Shown: positions 44,906 through 56,946 of the stretch, piece by piece
Position numbering within the stretch: position 1 is the stretch's first letter
How the letters are laid out: each line of letters opens with the position of its first letter
DNA from: Hyaloraphidium curvatum SAG 235-1
Lineage: Eukaryota > Fungi > Monoblepharomycota
Length of the DNA stretch: 64,000 nt
Direction of reading: 5' to 3'
NCBI GenBank assembly: GCA_025558095.1
Contig: JAIVFI010000033.1
Coordinates: 62,001 to 126,000 of the forward strand
Notes under the pieces: generated by a model
The model's database searches: none
What the model saw: the letters and a program-made list of their open reading frames with translations, nothing else
What the model was told of the DNA's origin: nothing
Made by a program: the position numbers and the translations under genes

Positions 44906-46576
44906 TCATGCCCGGGGCGGGGAGATTTCGACGATGCTCTTGCCCCGGTTGCCGCCCTTGAGCATCTCGCAGTAGAATGCCCCCGCACCCTTGAGCCCCG
45001 GCCGGATGTCGAGGCGGTACTTCTTCCAGTCTCCGCGACGAATACCGTCCTTGATGTCCTTGACGGCCTCCTCGAAATCTTTGTAACGAGATCAGTTGAA
45101 AGCAGTGAAGGGACCGTGTGCTTACTCACACTGTGCCCGATAGTCACGGACGTTGAACGGTGCATAGTCGATCTTCTTCTCATCGATCAGCTTCTGTGCC
45201 TCCTCGGGCAATCCGGCACCGATGGCGAGCCCAGGCGAGGTGTTGTACCTGGAGATTTGTCCGCTGCACAGTACCAAGTCAAACAGTGAACAAGACGTCT
45301 ACTGCGGAAACGAACCAGATGGGGAATCGGGCGCCGGGATTAGCGGCGTGGAATGCAGCCATGAGCAAGTCACCGCCGACCTAGAAGAGAGGAACAGGCA
45401 TCAGCGAAGAATACGATGAAAATAGAGAAATACTTTCATTGTCAAAGTAGACATCGACCCCTTTCGGGCAGGCTTTCTTGAGGGCCTCCGCGAGAGAACC
45501 TCCCTCGGGGTGCTTGCTGGTGATTCGAGAACGGCGAGTGAGAACGCGTCTGTCGTGGTGATGAGATCGACGTACTAGTCCACGGCCGCATCGATCCCGA
45601 GATCCTCCAGCAGCGACTTGCACTTGTCCGCGCCTCCCGCGCTGCCGACCACCCGGCACCCGTGCGCCTTCGCAAAGATGCACACCGATTGGCCCACCGC
45701 CCCGGCCGCCGCCGAGACCAATACCGTCTCGCCGGCAGCGGGCTTTCCCTTGAGGTTCAGCCCGACCCACGCCGTGATCCCGCTCGTCCCCAAAGGTCCA
45801 ACATAGTAGGGGAGCGGGATGCCGTCCCGCTTCTCCTCCTCCGGGTCGACGGCGACCAGCATCTTGGAAGCTTCCTGGGAAGCGACCTCGGCGGCGCTGA
45901 GGACCTGGTACGTGATGTGAAGGTGAAGATGTCAACAACATGTCACGGCCTGCCTGTCCAGGTCACGGCTGACCTGGTACTCGGCCCATTTGGTGAGCAC
46001 AGTCGAAATGAAGATTCCGGCAGCGTATTTGGGGTTCGCAGAGCGGAGAACGTAGGACACCCCGTAGCCCTGGATCGGGTGGCCGATTTGGAACGAGCCG
46101 CCCGAGTACGCTGAGGAGACAGGTGTTTGATAGCCCAGAGTAGAAGTGACGAAGGAAGGTGAGAAAAGCCGGTTGCCCGTCAGCGATTCCACCCACAAGG
46201 TCCACCAGGAGCCATGCGCATCCTCATGTACGGATCACATGTAACATAGACGTTTTTCCTTCGTTTCGGGGGACGCTGGTCAGTTGGCGCGCTGCCGCCG
46301 CGGCAACGTTCCTACAGAAGCAGCTCTCCTTCCTTGAGCTCCACGTCCAAGTCGAAGAGTTCCTCGACGAGTCCAAAGTCCTCCGGCACCGGCGCTCCTT
46401 CCGGGTACCTCGCCATAACGACGGTCTTGGACTAGCAATCGAACAGAGCAACGCGCGAAAGAGACCAGGCAGTCGAACAGAGCAACGAGAAGGGAGAGAC
46501 GCGCCCGTGTCACTCGAACGGTGCGGCAAATGCTCGTGCGATGAATAAAAACCTTGACTTTCCCCTGGGGCGCCAT
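44906..46576 (-). CDS. NADP-dependent alkenal/prostaglandin reductase (MDR, PTGR1/CurA-like), multi-exon
   Basis: MAPQGKVK start, GPLGTSGITAWVGL, GETVLVSAAAGAVGQ, GCRVVGSAGGADK, ACPKGVDVYFDN and C-terminal KMLKGGNRGKSIVEI. Confidence 0.88.
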
Positions 46577-46786
46577 GGCGATTCGAAGCAGCGGGACACA
46601 GGGACGGGAGACGTTTTTGGAGCCTCCGCGCCAGCGGGGAAGAGCCGACGACGGTCTATGAATCCGCAAAGTCAGACGATCATCGACGGACAAGTCAGGC
46701 AAAGAGCTGGTCAGAAGTCAGATCCACTCAGAGGCCCCGTGGGCAATCTACAAAATCCATGGTATAGCCCCGCACCCTGCTCTTCG

Positions 46787-47864
46787 TCATGCACTCGCGT
46801 TTTCCTTCCCCGACCCGGCCGCCGGCGCCGCCGCCTCGGCGGCCTGCTTCGCGAGCATCCGCTCCCGCTGCTTGAAAGCAGCCCGCATTTTGAAGTAGTC
46901 CTTGTGCAGTCCGCACTCGGTCTTTTGTCCGTCGCCGTCCGTCTGGCCGACGAAGCGGCCCGCGCGCTCGTCCTCGCCCTCCTTCACGGGCTGCGTCGAG
47001 TGCCAGTCCCCAATGCTCCGGTACGAGCGGTCGTACAGCGGGTTGTACGGGACGCCCTCGTCGCGCAGGTAGGCCCAGACCTGGTCCCAGGTCCAGGTGG
47101 CCAGCGGGTTCAGCTTGTACACGCCCTGGCTGGCCGAGTACTCGAGGATCTTGATCGAGGACCGGTCGCCGCGCTGCGACCGCCGGCGGCCGGTGATGGC
47201 GCACTGCACCGCCGGCTGCATGCTGTGGTACGAGCGGTTGCCCGGCTCCGCCTTGACCAAGAAGTCGTAGCTCTCGGGGTCCGTCTCCCACAGACGCTTG
47301 CCGTACTCGCGCTCAAACTCCTCGGTCGTCTCCACGCCCTTGGGCTTGAAGACGTGCATCGGGGCATTGTAGTGCGCGGCAGACCGGTGCGCCAGCTCGA
47401 CGGTCTCGGGGAAGTGGTACAGGGTGTCGATGAAGATCAGGGGCACGAGATGCTGATGCCGCGAGGCCGGATCCGCGTGCGAGACGGATGCCGATGCGTG
47501 GTGCGCGGCGACCTGGCGCTTCGAGATCCTGCGGAGGGGGCACCGTCAGCGTCCGTTTGCGAGCCAATCGCCCCGCCGGGGGGCAGATCCCGGCGCGGGC
47601 GGTGCCGCGGCGTCCTCACTTTGCGAGCATGTCCAGGATGACCGAGCCCGTGGCGCCGAACGACGTGGTCTGGTAGAGCCCGTCGCCGAACGTCAGGATG
47701 GCCCACTCGAGCACCTGCTGCGGCGTCTGCGCCACGAGCCGCTCGTTCAGCTTCGCCAGCGCCTCGTGCGAGAAATGCACGGGGTGCGGCGCGTGGTGGC
47801 CGTGGTGCGGCGGGGGCCCGGCGAGGAACGATGCGCGCGAAGGCGACGTGGAGAGCGCGACCAT
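46787..47864 (-). CDS. MET16: PAPS (phosphoadenosine phosphosulfate) reductase
   Basis: LYQTTSFGATG, PLIFIDTLYHFPET, ITGRRRSQ, KLNPLATW, YRSIGDWHST, ERAGRF and C-terminal KTECGLH. It has IGD rather than IGC, consistent with the non-FeS PAPS type. Confidence 0.93.
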
Positions 47865-48396
47865 TGCGAGGGCGGGCGGGGGAGGTCGCGCTGAATGCTG
47901 GGAATGCGCGGCGTCCGTCGTCTGCCCTTTATTCGCAGTGGACTGTGTGGAGAGCGCGATTTGGTGAGCGGGTGCCGGGACGGGGGTTTTTGCCGGCCGC
48001 GCATGGCGCCATTCGATCCCGGATTGCGTGACCGCCGCCCCCCTAAAACGCGGCCCCCCTCCCCCTGTTTGGTTCGCCGCGCGCCGCCAGGGCCGGCCAA
48101 CCTGGATGTTTTCGTGGCTTAATGGGCTAGATGACCTATGAGTTGATTTGCCAAAAAGGACTGGGAGGACCATGGCTTGGTGTTAGAGGCCCCCACTGGG
48201 CTTCGGATGGTTGACTTGCCCCTCAAAATGATGTGGTCGGAAACCATCTTGCCGGGCATCTCCGCAGTCAATTTCGTTTCAATGTTCGTCCCGTGATCAA
48301 GACCAATACACTCAGTCTTTGACGACCGATCTAGACGGCGGTAAAGAGCGGCCGCACTGGCCGCATCCACCTGCACCGTTCATCAGCATCCTCCAA

Positions 48397-51353
48397 TCAC
48401 CGTCCCCACGGCGACGACGCCAGGTCCCGGAGCCCGGGATTCGGAGACCAGCTGGCCTCGGCATCCGCCTCCATCCTCGGCTTCAGGGTCCGGAACACCC
48501 GAGTCTTGGTGTGCGAGGTTGTTCGCGTGGTGCTCGGCTTTTGCCTGCGCGTCGCGGTCGTTGTGCGGCTGCGCGTCGCCGTTTCTGCCGCCGGGATCGC
48601 AAATAGCGCCGGGCTGTCGGCAACCGGCGTCGGATCGGAGGGATCGGTGATGCCGATCGAGTAGGTGACGCCGGAAAGGGTGATGGTCCAGTTGTATGCC
48701 GCTGCGACGCGCAGGGTGAGTCCAAGAAGCCATGCTCCCGAGCAAATGCAGCCCACCTTCGCGCAGGTAGGAAGTCGACCCCGTTCCCGCCCCGATCCGC
48801 TGGATGTACATCCCGAACGGCTTGGTGTTGCCCCCGATCGGCACGTTCCCGTTCCAGGCTCCCGAAGAGAGCACGCACGTCGCAATCCGCCCGTTCGCCG
48901 CGGTGGGACCCGAAAAGGAACCGCAGTTGTAGACCCAGCTGGCCTGCAGATCCCATCCGGGATCGACGGTGAACGAGATCGAGTAGCCCGAAATGACCGA
49001 CATCCCGGTGTTGTAGAGGGTCATCTCCCCGTTGAGGCTCGTTGCCGTGGCCGACTGCTGGCCCCACCTGAGGGAGGCAGGGCCGCTGGGGAGGGGAGCG
49101 GTAGGGGTGGTCGGGGAAGGAGCGCCCGACGTCGGCGTGCCCGGATCCAAGGGGTCGGTCATTTCCACGGCGTATTCGACGCCGTTGATGGTGACCTTCC
49201 AGTCGTAGGCAGCTGCGCGGAGACAATCAGCCAATAGCGATGACGTTCAAGTGCCAATCTAGGCCCACCGTTGCGCAGGTAGAGCTGAACTCCGGGCGAC
49301 GCCACAAACTTCTGGATGTAGAGCCCCATCGGCCGCGTGTTTCCGCCGACCGGAACGTCGCCGTTCCAAGATCCAGAGTTCAGCACGCAGGTCGCCTTGC
49401 CGCCGTTCGCCGGCGTGGGTCCGGTGAACGAGCCGCAATTGTACACCCAGTGTGATTGCAGCTCCCATGCGGGGTCCACAGTGAAGGAGACCGAGTAGCC
49501 CGAAAGAGGCACCGCGCCGAGATTGTAGATGGTTACTTCTCCGGAGAGGCTGCGGTCCGAGGAGGCCGTTTGGCCCCAGGAAAGCCTCGCAGGCGGTCCG
49601 CCGGCAGCGGTCGACGTGCGAGTCTGCGTTGCGGATGAGGTGCCGCTTGCCGAGGAGGTGGTGGCGGTGATCGAAGAGGTCCTGGGGGTCCGCGAGGCCG
49701 TCGCAGTCTGCGAGACAGAAGTTGATGAAGGCGTCGCCGTGGCAGTTCGGCTCGCCGAAGTGGATGAAGGCGTGGGTGAGGCGGTCGCGGTGCCCGATCT
49801 CGTCGCCGACGACGTGGCAGCTGGCAGTGCAGTGGTCGAGGACGGTCCGTTGGTGGTCGAGGGAAGGGCGGTGGTTGAAGACGGAACGGGCACCGTCGTA
49901 GATGGTTCCCTCGTTGTCGAGGACGGCGTCGAGGTGCTCGAGGGGGGCGGCAATGTCGCACTCCGCGTGACGCTCGAGGAAGTCAGCTGGGCTGGAGTCT
50001 GCGAGGCGCTCGTAGTGCTCGAGGGAGGAGGGGCAACCGTCGTGCTCGAGGGAGGAGGGGGCAACGTGGTGCTGGTCAACGTTCGCGAGGCGCTCTTGGT
50101 TAAGGTGTTGGACCTAGAGGCGGTTCGGGTGGCCGATTTGGTGGTCTTGGTGCGGCTCAAAGTGCGGCTCTTGGTGTTGGTGGCTGATTTGGACGCCGTA
50201 ACCGAGGTCGTGGCCGTCCGACTGGCCGAGCTGGTTGCGGATGCCGAAGCTGTGGACGTCGAAATCGGCGCCTTTGTGGTTGATGGGGCAGGCGCAGGAG
50301 GCACGGTTGCGGTGGTCTGGCCCGTGGCCGGCGTGGTTCCGACGAGGAGCGGGGAGTTGTCTGGAGAACGAGATCATGAGCTAAACCGCAATGCGGGAAA
50401 GGAACGGACGACGTACCAAGAGGTCCACAAAACAGCAGGCTCTTCGACGTGCCCAACTGGTTCGTGCACACAGGCCCAGAGATCCCCAAGCAGCCCGAAT
50501 TGGCCCATTCAGCTTGAGTGTACTGAACGGAAGGAACGGGGATCAACACCGATTTGGGGAGGACGGGAGACCGAAACCCACGAAGCGAATGGTCAAAGCA
50601 TGAATCGAGCTGCTCGTCAAAGGACATCCAGTAGGCGCCCCGTCGTAATAGCCGACGAGGACCTTCGTGTACGGATCTATGATCAGGCGACGGTGAGGGT
50701 GAAATGGCGGCAATGAGCCCGGAATAGGAGCACCCACGGGTCCTGAAGGCGCTCGGAACGGTGGTAGTCGGAAACCAGCCGAGAAATCCGTCGCCCGACA
50801 CCGGGATCACGGTCGCGCCGGGCGAGCACCACATCATTTGCCCCGTGTTCGCCAGCTCGGACCACCACCAGTCCGACGCCGAACCACGGCTGAAAAGGAA
50901 GCCATCGGGAGCGGGAACCCGCTTGACAGGATCCCAGGCGGTGCAGTTTTCCTGCGTCCAGGTCGATATCTCGAAGGGGCAGGACGGGTCTTCGGCAAGA
51001 CGATTAGAGGCCGAGAGGCGGAAGCGGTGGACATCGCACTCACTCCCAGACGTTGGGCACGATGCGCTGTCGTAAGTCACCTGGAAGAGCATGTCGCCGC
51101 TCCCGGTCGGTACGTCCGCCGCGGCGAAGCTCGCGGCCCGGGCCACGGCCACGGAAGTCGTGGCCGTCCGAATCGGTTTCGGCGGCGCCGTCGTCGTCGT
51201 GCCCTTCTTGGGCAAAGCTCCTTGCGCAGTTGAGGCGCCATCGGCGAGCAACCCCGAGGCGAGGAGGAGCAGGGCGGTGCCAAGCGCGGCGCTTCGTGCC
51301 GGACGAAAACCGCGGCGCGCCGTGGCAACGGTGCAAGTTCTGGGCAAGTCCAT
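48397..51353 (-). CDS. Secreted modular protein: N-terminal Cys/Trp-rich domain, long Ser/Thr mucin-like linker, two tandem CBM2-like modules
   Basis: Signal-like AALGTALLLLASGLLA and a ~230-aa S/T/P linker. Two ~125-aa repeats share WGQ..S..SL.GE.T.YN.G....SGYS.SFTVDP.W.LQ..WVYNCGSF...WNG.VP.GGNT.P.G.YIQ. Confidence 0.7.
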
Positions 51354-52094
51354 TGTCGGCAACAGCAATGCGGGACAGATCCGAAGCTCTGTGCCGCGAT
51401 AAATGAAGATGATTTTTGTCTGGTGGCCCACCGGAAGCTGTTGCCGGGTTCGGCAGGGCCCCTATGTGACGCAATGCGGTTGTTGCCACAGCCAGCCGCT
51501 TCCCCGCCGCACCTCGGGATCCCCGGTCCCCCTTTCTGCCGAGTCTGCGCTTCACCACAGAACGCCAATGTTCTCCTAGAGAGATGGCTTTGCTTCTCGC
51601 CCCCTTGCAAGTGCCAGCTTGGTTGCACTTGGGCCCAGCAGGCTTCTGCTTTCAGGCATTCGACGAAGAGATTTCCGGCGCCCTCGAGAGATCCGCATCT
51701 GTTCGGTCTCAATCAATCTCTGTGCACTATATGTGTAGCTCTACTGCTCTTTGAGAGCTGCATCACCGAGTTTGGGCCACCTTACGCTCTCCGAAATGTC
51801 GGCTGCCGGATTCCATTTTCCAGTCTATCGCGGTCCTCAACCGGATTGTAGCGAGCATTGACTCTGGACCGAAAGAAGTCCCAGCTTCACTCCCTTCTTC
51901 AACAGCCCTCACCTTCCGGGCCTGGGGCCGGGCGGTGCGGGGAGCGGGCGGTGTGGTTTGGGATGCCGTCGAATCACCAGCCGGGTCTTCGAACCCTTAC
52001 CCTTGAATTTGGGACGCACCGCCCTGGTGACTCCAGACGCTCGAGCACCAATTTAAGCAACGGAACGACCTTCAAACACGACAGCAACGCCACG

Positions 52095-54478
52095 ATGGAC
52101 GGATCTCAACCTTCCGGTCTCCCTGCAAGCACCTCGGCTGCCCCGCGCGGCTCCGCCGACCCCGCGCACAACGCAACGGCGCCGAGCGCACCACAGCCAA
52201 GTCGCCAACCACTCCTGATTTCCGAGCCCCGCATGGCCGTTCAGGAGGGCCGCGGAGCCTCGTGCTCATCGCACGGGCCCCTATATGGCCCGGCCAAGGC
52301 GATTGGGCCTTCGTTTGCAGGTAGGCGGCCGGCGTGCGAGCGGGGAACCGGAGGAGCCGTTCTGATCGGTCGTTCTGCCTGCCAGGCCCCAGAACGACGG
52401 GAAACAAGCGCTTCTCGTCTCTCCCTCTCTCTATTTCCACCCTCAAGACCCGCAGCCTCTCCGAGTGCGAGGCCGACTCCCCGGTCTCTCCCACGAGACA
52501 CCGCTCGGGCGTCTTTGCCGCCGAAATCACCCTCACGCTGCTCATCGCGGCCACATTTGGACTCGGACTCCTGTTTCCGAATCTTCGCCCACCCATGTCG
52601 CACGCACCGGCCGCGCCCTCCTTCCTCGGCGGCCAGGGGGCGGCTGTCATCCCTGATCACCCATCGCTGATCCCGCAGCGGACCAACTCCTCCTTCCCCG
52701 ACGACGGCTTCATCCCCCGCCTCCTCCCCCGCGCCATCACCGGCGCCCCGAACTTCTACACCACCGCGGTCTGGCCGGCTCCCAACCCCGCGACCGCGAC
52801 GACGATGAGCAACTCGACCGGCTACAGGACCTTCAACACCCTCTGCATCCGCCCCCTCCGCGTCGTCGTCGATTCGGTCTCCGGGGCCGCCCCCGCGGCC
52901 TCCTACCTCCGCGACGCCGTGGCTCGGGCCGACTCCCGCATGCGCGCGCTGGTTCCCATCCCTGCCGGCACCCCCGCCGTCCGCCTCTGTGTTGCGGTGA
53001 CCCTCGGCTCGCCCTCCCTCTCGGCCTGGGACGCCTCCGAGGCCTACTCGATCCTGATCCCCGCTGTCGGCGACATCGCGATCACCGCAGACAGCGCCGT
53101 CGGCATCGTCCGCGCGCTTTCGACCCTGACCCAGCTGATCGCGACCAACGCCGTCAACTCCGTGCCCGGCATCGACTCGCCCCTCGCCTGGGCCGTCCGC
53201 CCCGCCGCCATCCGCAACGACCGCCCCGCTTACCCCTGGCGCGGGGTCATGATCGACACGGCGCGGCACTTCTTCCCCCTGTCGGACCTCAGGCGCACCA
53301 TCGACGGGATGGAGGTGTCCAAGATGAACCGGCTGCACCTGCACCTGATCGACAGCCAGTCCTTCCCCCTCAAGTGGCCCGGCATGGACGGCCAGGGCAC
53401 GCTGTGGCAGCTCGGCGCGTTCAAGGACGCGCAGGGCAACCCGCAGGCCTACTCGGCCGCGGAGCTCGCGGACCTCGTGGACTACGGCCGCCGCAGGGGC
53501 GTCGAGGTGTACCCCGAGCTCACGATGCCCGGGCACGCGGACGTGTTCAACCTCGTGTACCCCGAGATCATGAGCTGCAACCCGGACATGAGCAGGCCGT
53601 CGGGGCAGCTGCAGCCCCTGGTGGACCGCACCTACGACGTGCTGGAGAACCTGTTCGCGTGGGGGATGGACCAGGCGTTCGCGTCGAGCCCGGCGTGGCA
53701 CATTGGCAGCGACGAGGTGCACAAGGTTGGTTGATCGGGGCCCCCGCGCGCAGGGGCATGGGCTGACCTCGTCCGCGACGCAGTGGTGCTGGAACTGGAA
53801 CAACATCGTCGCCAACTACGACTTCCTCACGGCCTACAAGCGCTTCCAGACCTTCGTCTCCGACCAGGTCGTTTCGCAGCGCGACAGGCTCATGGTCACC
53901 TGGGAGGACCTCGTCACCCCCTCCAGCCTTGAGGGATCGGGGCTCAACTACGAGACCATCGGCGACGACGGGACGGTTGTGCCGCCCATGGCAAGCAAGA
54001 AGATGGTGGTGCAGGCCTGGCGCAGCATCGACACGTACAACTGGCTCATCGCCAAGGGCTATGAGACCCTGTTCTCGGTCTCGGACTGGTGGTGAGATCT
54101 ACCGCACTTGCATCCATCCTGGCCTGCCTCTGAAACCCAACGGGTCCGATCAGGTACTTTACGTGCGGCCAGTGGTGCACGCCCGGCACGGGGAGCAGGA
54201 GCATGACGACGGCGTACAATGCGCCGATCCCGGCCACGGGATCGGCGCCGGCGAACTTCAAGGGGGGCGAGGCTGCATTCTGGAGTGAAGAAACCTACTC
54301 GGGCGTGCTCGACAAGGTCGTCTGGCCTCGATCGGGTGCTGTTGCCGAGCGGCTTTGGACAAATGGCAACGCGGCGCTTTCGGGGCAGCTCTGCACCGAG
54401 ACGAGGACGGACAGGCTCAACAGGCAGCTGACTTCCGTCGGGATCGCGCCGTGGCCGGCGTCGACGGTGATGAACTGA
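52095..54478 (+). CDS. GH20 beta-N-acetylhexosaminidase with N-terminal membrane anchor, multi-exon
   Basis: DRPAYPWRGVMIDTARHFF, KMNRLHLHLIDSQSFP, GVEVYPELTMPGH, catalytic HIGSDEV, GGEAAFWSE and WPRSGAVAERLW. TM ITLTLLIAATFGLGLLF. Confidence 0.9.
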
Positions 54479-54996
54479 TTGGGTGGGAGCCCGAGTGGGG
54501 AAGATCGGGACGGGCACGCTGCTGGCATGGTCTGGGAAGGCTTGGAGCAACTGCGTCTGACTACATCGCACTGTATCTACTACTACATCGCATAAATGAT
54601 CGACAATCTATCAGGAGGCGCTGGTGATGCGGCGGTTCCGTCGACGCGGCCGCTGGACTTTCACAGGCTGGACCCGCTGTGCGGCACCGCCTTGGTCGAC
54701 CCTCCCGCCCATCCGGCGCCCGCTCGCGGGCCCAGGCCGGCGTGTCTTCCTCCTGCCGGCGAGCAGCCCGGGTCTCGCATCGCGCCCGACAGCCAGCGCC
54801 TCCCGCCGGGCGCCCCGGGCACGCCTATCGGGGTCTCCCAGCAACGGCAGCGCGGCCCTCGGACTTCCGGGACACGCACCCCGGCGCCGGCACGTCCCGC
54901 CCGCCGCGCGTACGCAATCATTGGGTCGCTTTGAGGCCCGGCGGTGTATTTCCGGGCGCGCGTGAGCCCTCCGCGCCCGCCGATCCGCGCGCCGCG

Positions 54997-56714
54997 ATGG
55001 CACCGCTCCGCCCGCGCGCGGCGGTGGCCGCCCTGCTGCTGCTCCTCGCGACCGCCGCGCTCGCCGACAACAGAGATCTCGCGGACCCCGCGTGGATCAC
55101 AATCTGTGGGTGCCCGCGGCAGATGCCCGGAACCGCCCCTGACACCCCCCCGATGCAGCCCTGCGCTCCAACGGCGTCAACGTGTCCACGCCCGTCCTCG
55201 TGCGCGGCTCGCACTTCACCAACGCCCCCTGGCCCGCCAACGCCGACATGCTGCCCGCCGACGCCAACGCGTGGCCCGTCATCCACTTTGGCGCCGCGTG
55301 CCCCAACTCGAGCTACCCCACCCTGCCCTACTCGGCGCTGGCCGGCACCCCCGCCGCCACGCCGGGCACAAAGTACGTCGCGGTGGTGCACCGCCTCGTG
55401 GAGGTGTTTGCCGCGTGCTTCTCGCACGCAAAGTACGCCTACGCCACGGGCGTCCCCCCGCCGTACGAGAAGCCCTCGGCGGTGCTGTTCTACGGCGACA
55501 TCGACTCGGACGGCGGCCAGGTCACCTCGCGGTTCGGCGTCGGCCTGCCCGAGTTCTTTCCCGCCCTGCCGATGACCTACGTCGGCAACGCATCCGAGTA
55601 CTCGGAGCTCGCGATGATGTTCGGCAGCCCCGGGTACGCCAACGGGACCGTCCCCCCAGGCGCGGTGCCGTACGTGTGGTATGCGCGCGGCGCGGACCCG
55701 CCGGTGGTGTACGAGATCCGCCCCGTGGAGCCGAGCATGATCGTGGGGCCGTTCCTGCTGGGCGTGTTCCTCCTCATCTTTGGGCTGTGCAACTACCTCA
55801 TCTTCAAGGTGCGCAAGATGCGGGAGCAGGGCATGTCGTACCAGGTGGGTGTACCGGCTGGCCGCGCATGAAAGTGCGGGGCTGAAGCGTTGGGTGTGTT
55901 CCCACAGGAAATGCGCGCCTCGTTCTTCTCCGTTTTCTACGAGAAACCCCTTGGCGACCTCACCGACGAGGAGCTCCTCCGCATCTTCCCCCCCAGCGAC
56001 GTCGTCAGCTCCGCTGACTGCCCCATATGCTTGTCGTCCATGACTGAGCCGCCGCCGGACAAGGTCGACTCCGAGACGGCCAAGGACGCCATCGCCCGCG
56101 CGGCGGGCCAGGCGGCGATGCAGGGCGGTCTGCAGGGCGGACCGGTGCTGGTGGATTATTCGGGGTTCGCGAGGGTGGACGGGGTCAGGGAGCAGGCCGA
56201 GGCGGCCGAGGCCGCGGAGAAGGGGGAGGTGGGGAGCGTGCCGCCGGATGCCCAGCCGGCGAACCCGTTCGAGGAGCCGGCGCCGGTCGCCGCGGATGCA
56301 TCGCTCCCTGCAGCCGCCGCCGACGCCTCCATTCCCGCTGCCCCGGTCGACGCCGCGCCGCCCGCGACCGCCGACGCTCCCCCTCCCGCCCCGGCAGCCG
56401 ACGCCGCCTCGCTGGCCCCCACCTCGCTCTCGCCCAGCACTGTCATGCCCCCCGTGCTCCTGCAATTCGCCGGCTGTTCACACCTGTTTCACCAGGAATG
56501 CGCCCGGGCGTGGGTCGAGTCCAAGCGCAAGGCGACGCGCTTCGGCACGGCCGAGGTGCGCTGGCAGTGCCCCGTATGCCGCGCGGACCACCCCGCGTGG
56601 ATCGAGGCGCATCCGGACGAGGCCAGGGCGGCGGGGGAGGAGGTGGAGATGGACGATCTGGGGCGGAGCGAGCGGGGGGAGGGGAGGCCCGCGGGGCAGG
56701 CGCAGGCGCAGTGA
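54997..56714 (+). CDS. Type I membrane RING-H2 E3 ligase-like protein (signal peptide, lumenal domain, TM, split RING-H2)
   Basis: MAPLRPRAAVAALLLLLATAALA and TM IVGPFLLGVFLLIFGLCNYLIF. CPIC (56019-56030), then CSHLFHQEC..W...CPVCR. Two introns. Confidence 0.75.
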
Positions 56715-56946
56715 GCTGGAAGGCCAGTGATTGGATCGATCGGGGAGCCTCGTGGGGGAATAGTGTACCGCGGATGCGGAAGTGTAGTCGCAGTGCGACA
56801 TGTGGGCTCTATATTGGTCCATCTACGGTGCCTCCGGACGCAGCCGGCCGTTGTTGTTCCAGTTTGGAAAGCGTGGGAAGTGATCGCTGGAGTCGCTTGG
56901 TCAGCAGGCCTGGCCTGCGTTGACAACTCCCCACGGGCACGTCAGG

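Noticed and set aside
51975-52005. GGGTTCGAA (minus strand) and other TTCGA sites as tRNA T-loops
   Set aside because: No T-stem, D-arm or acceptor stem could be built around them.
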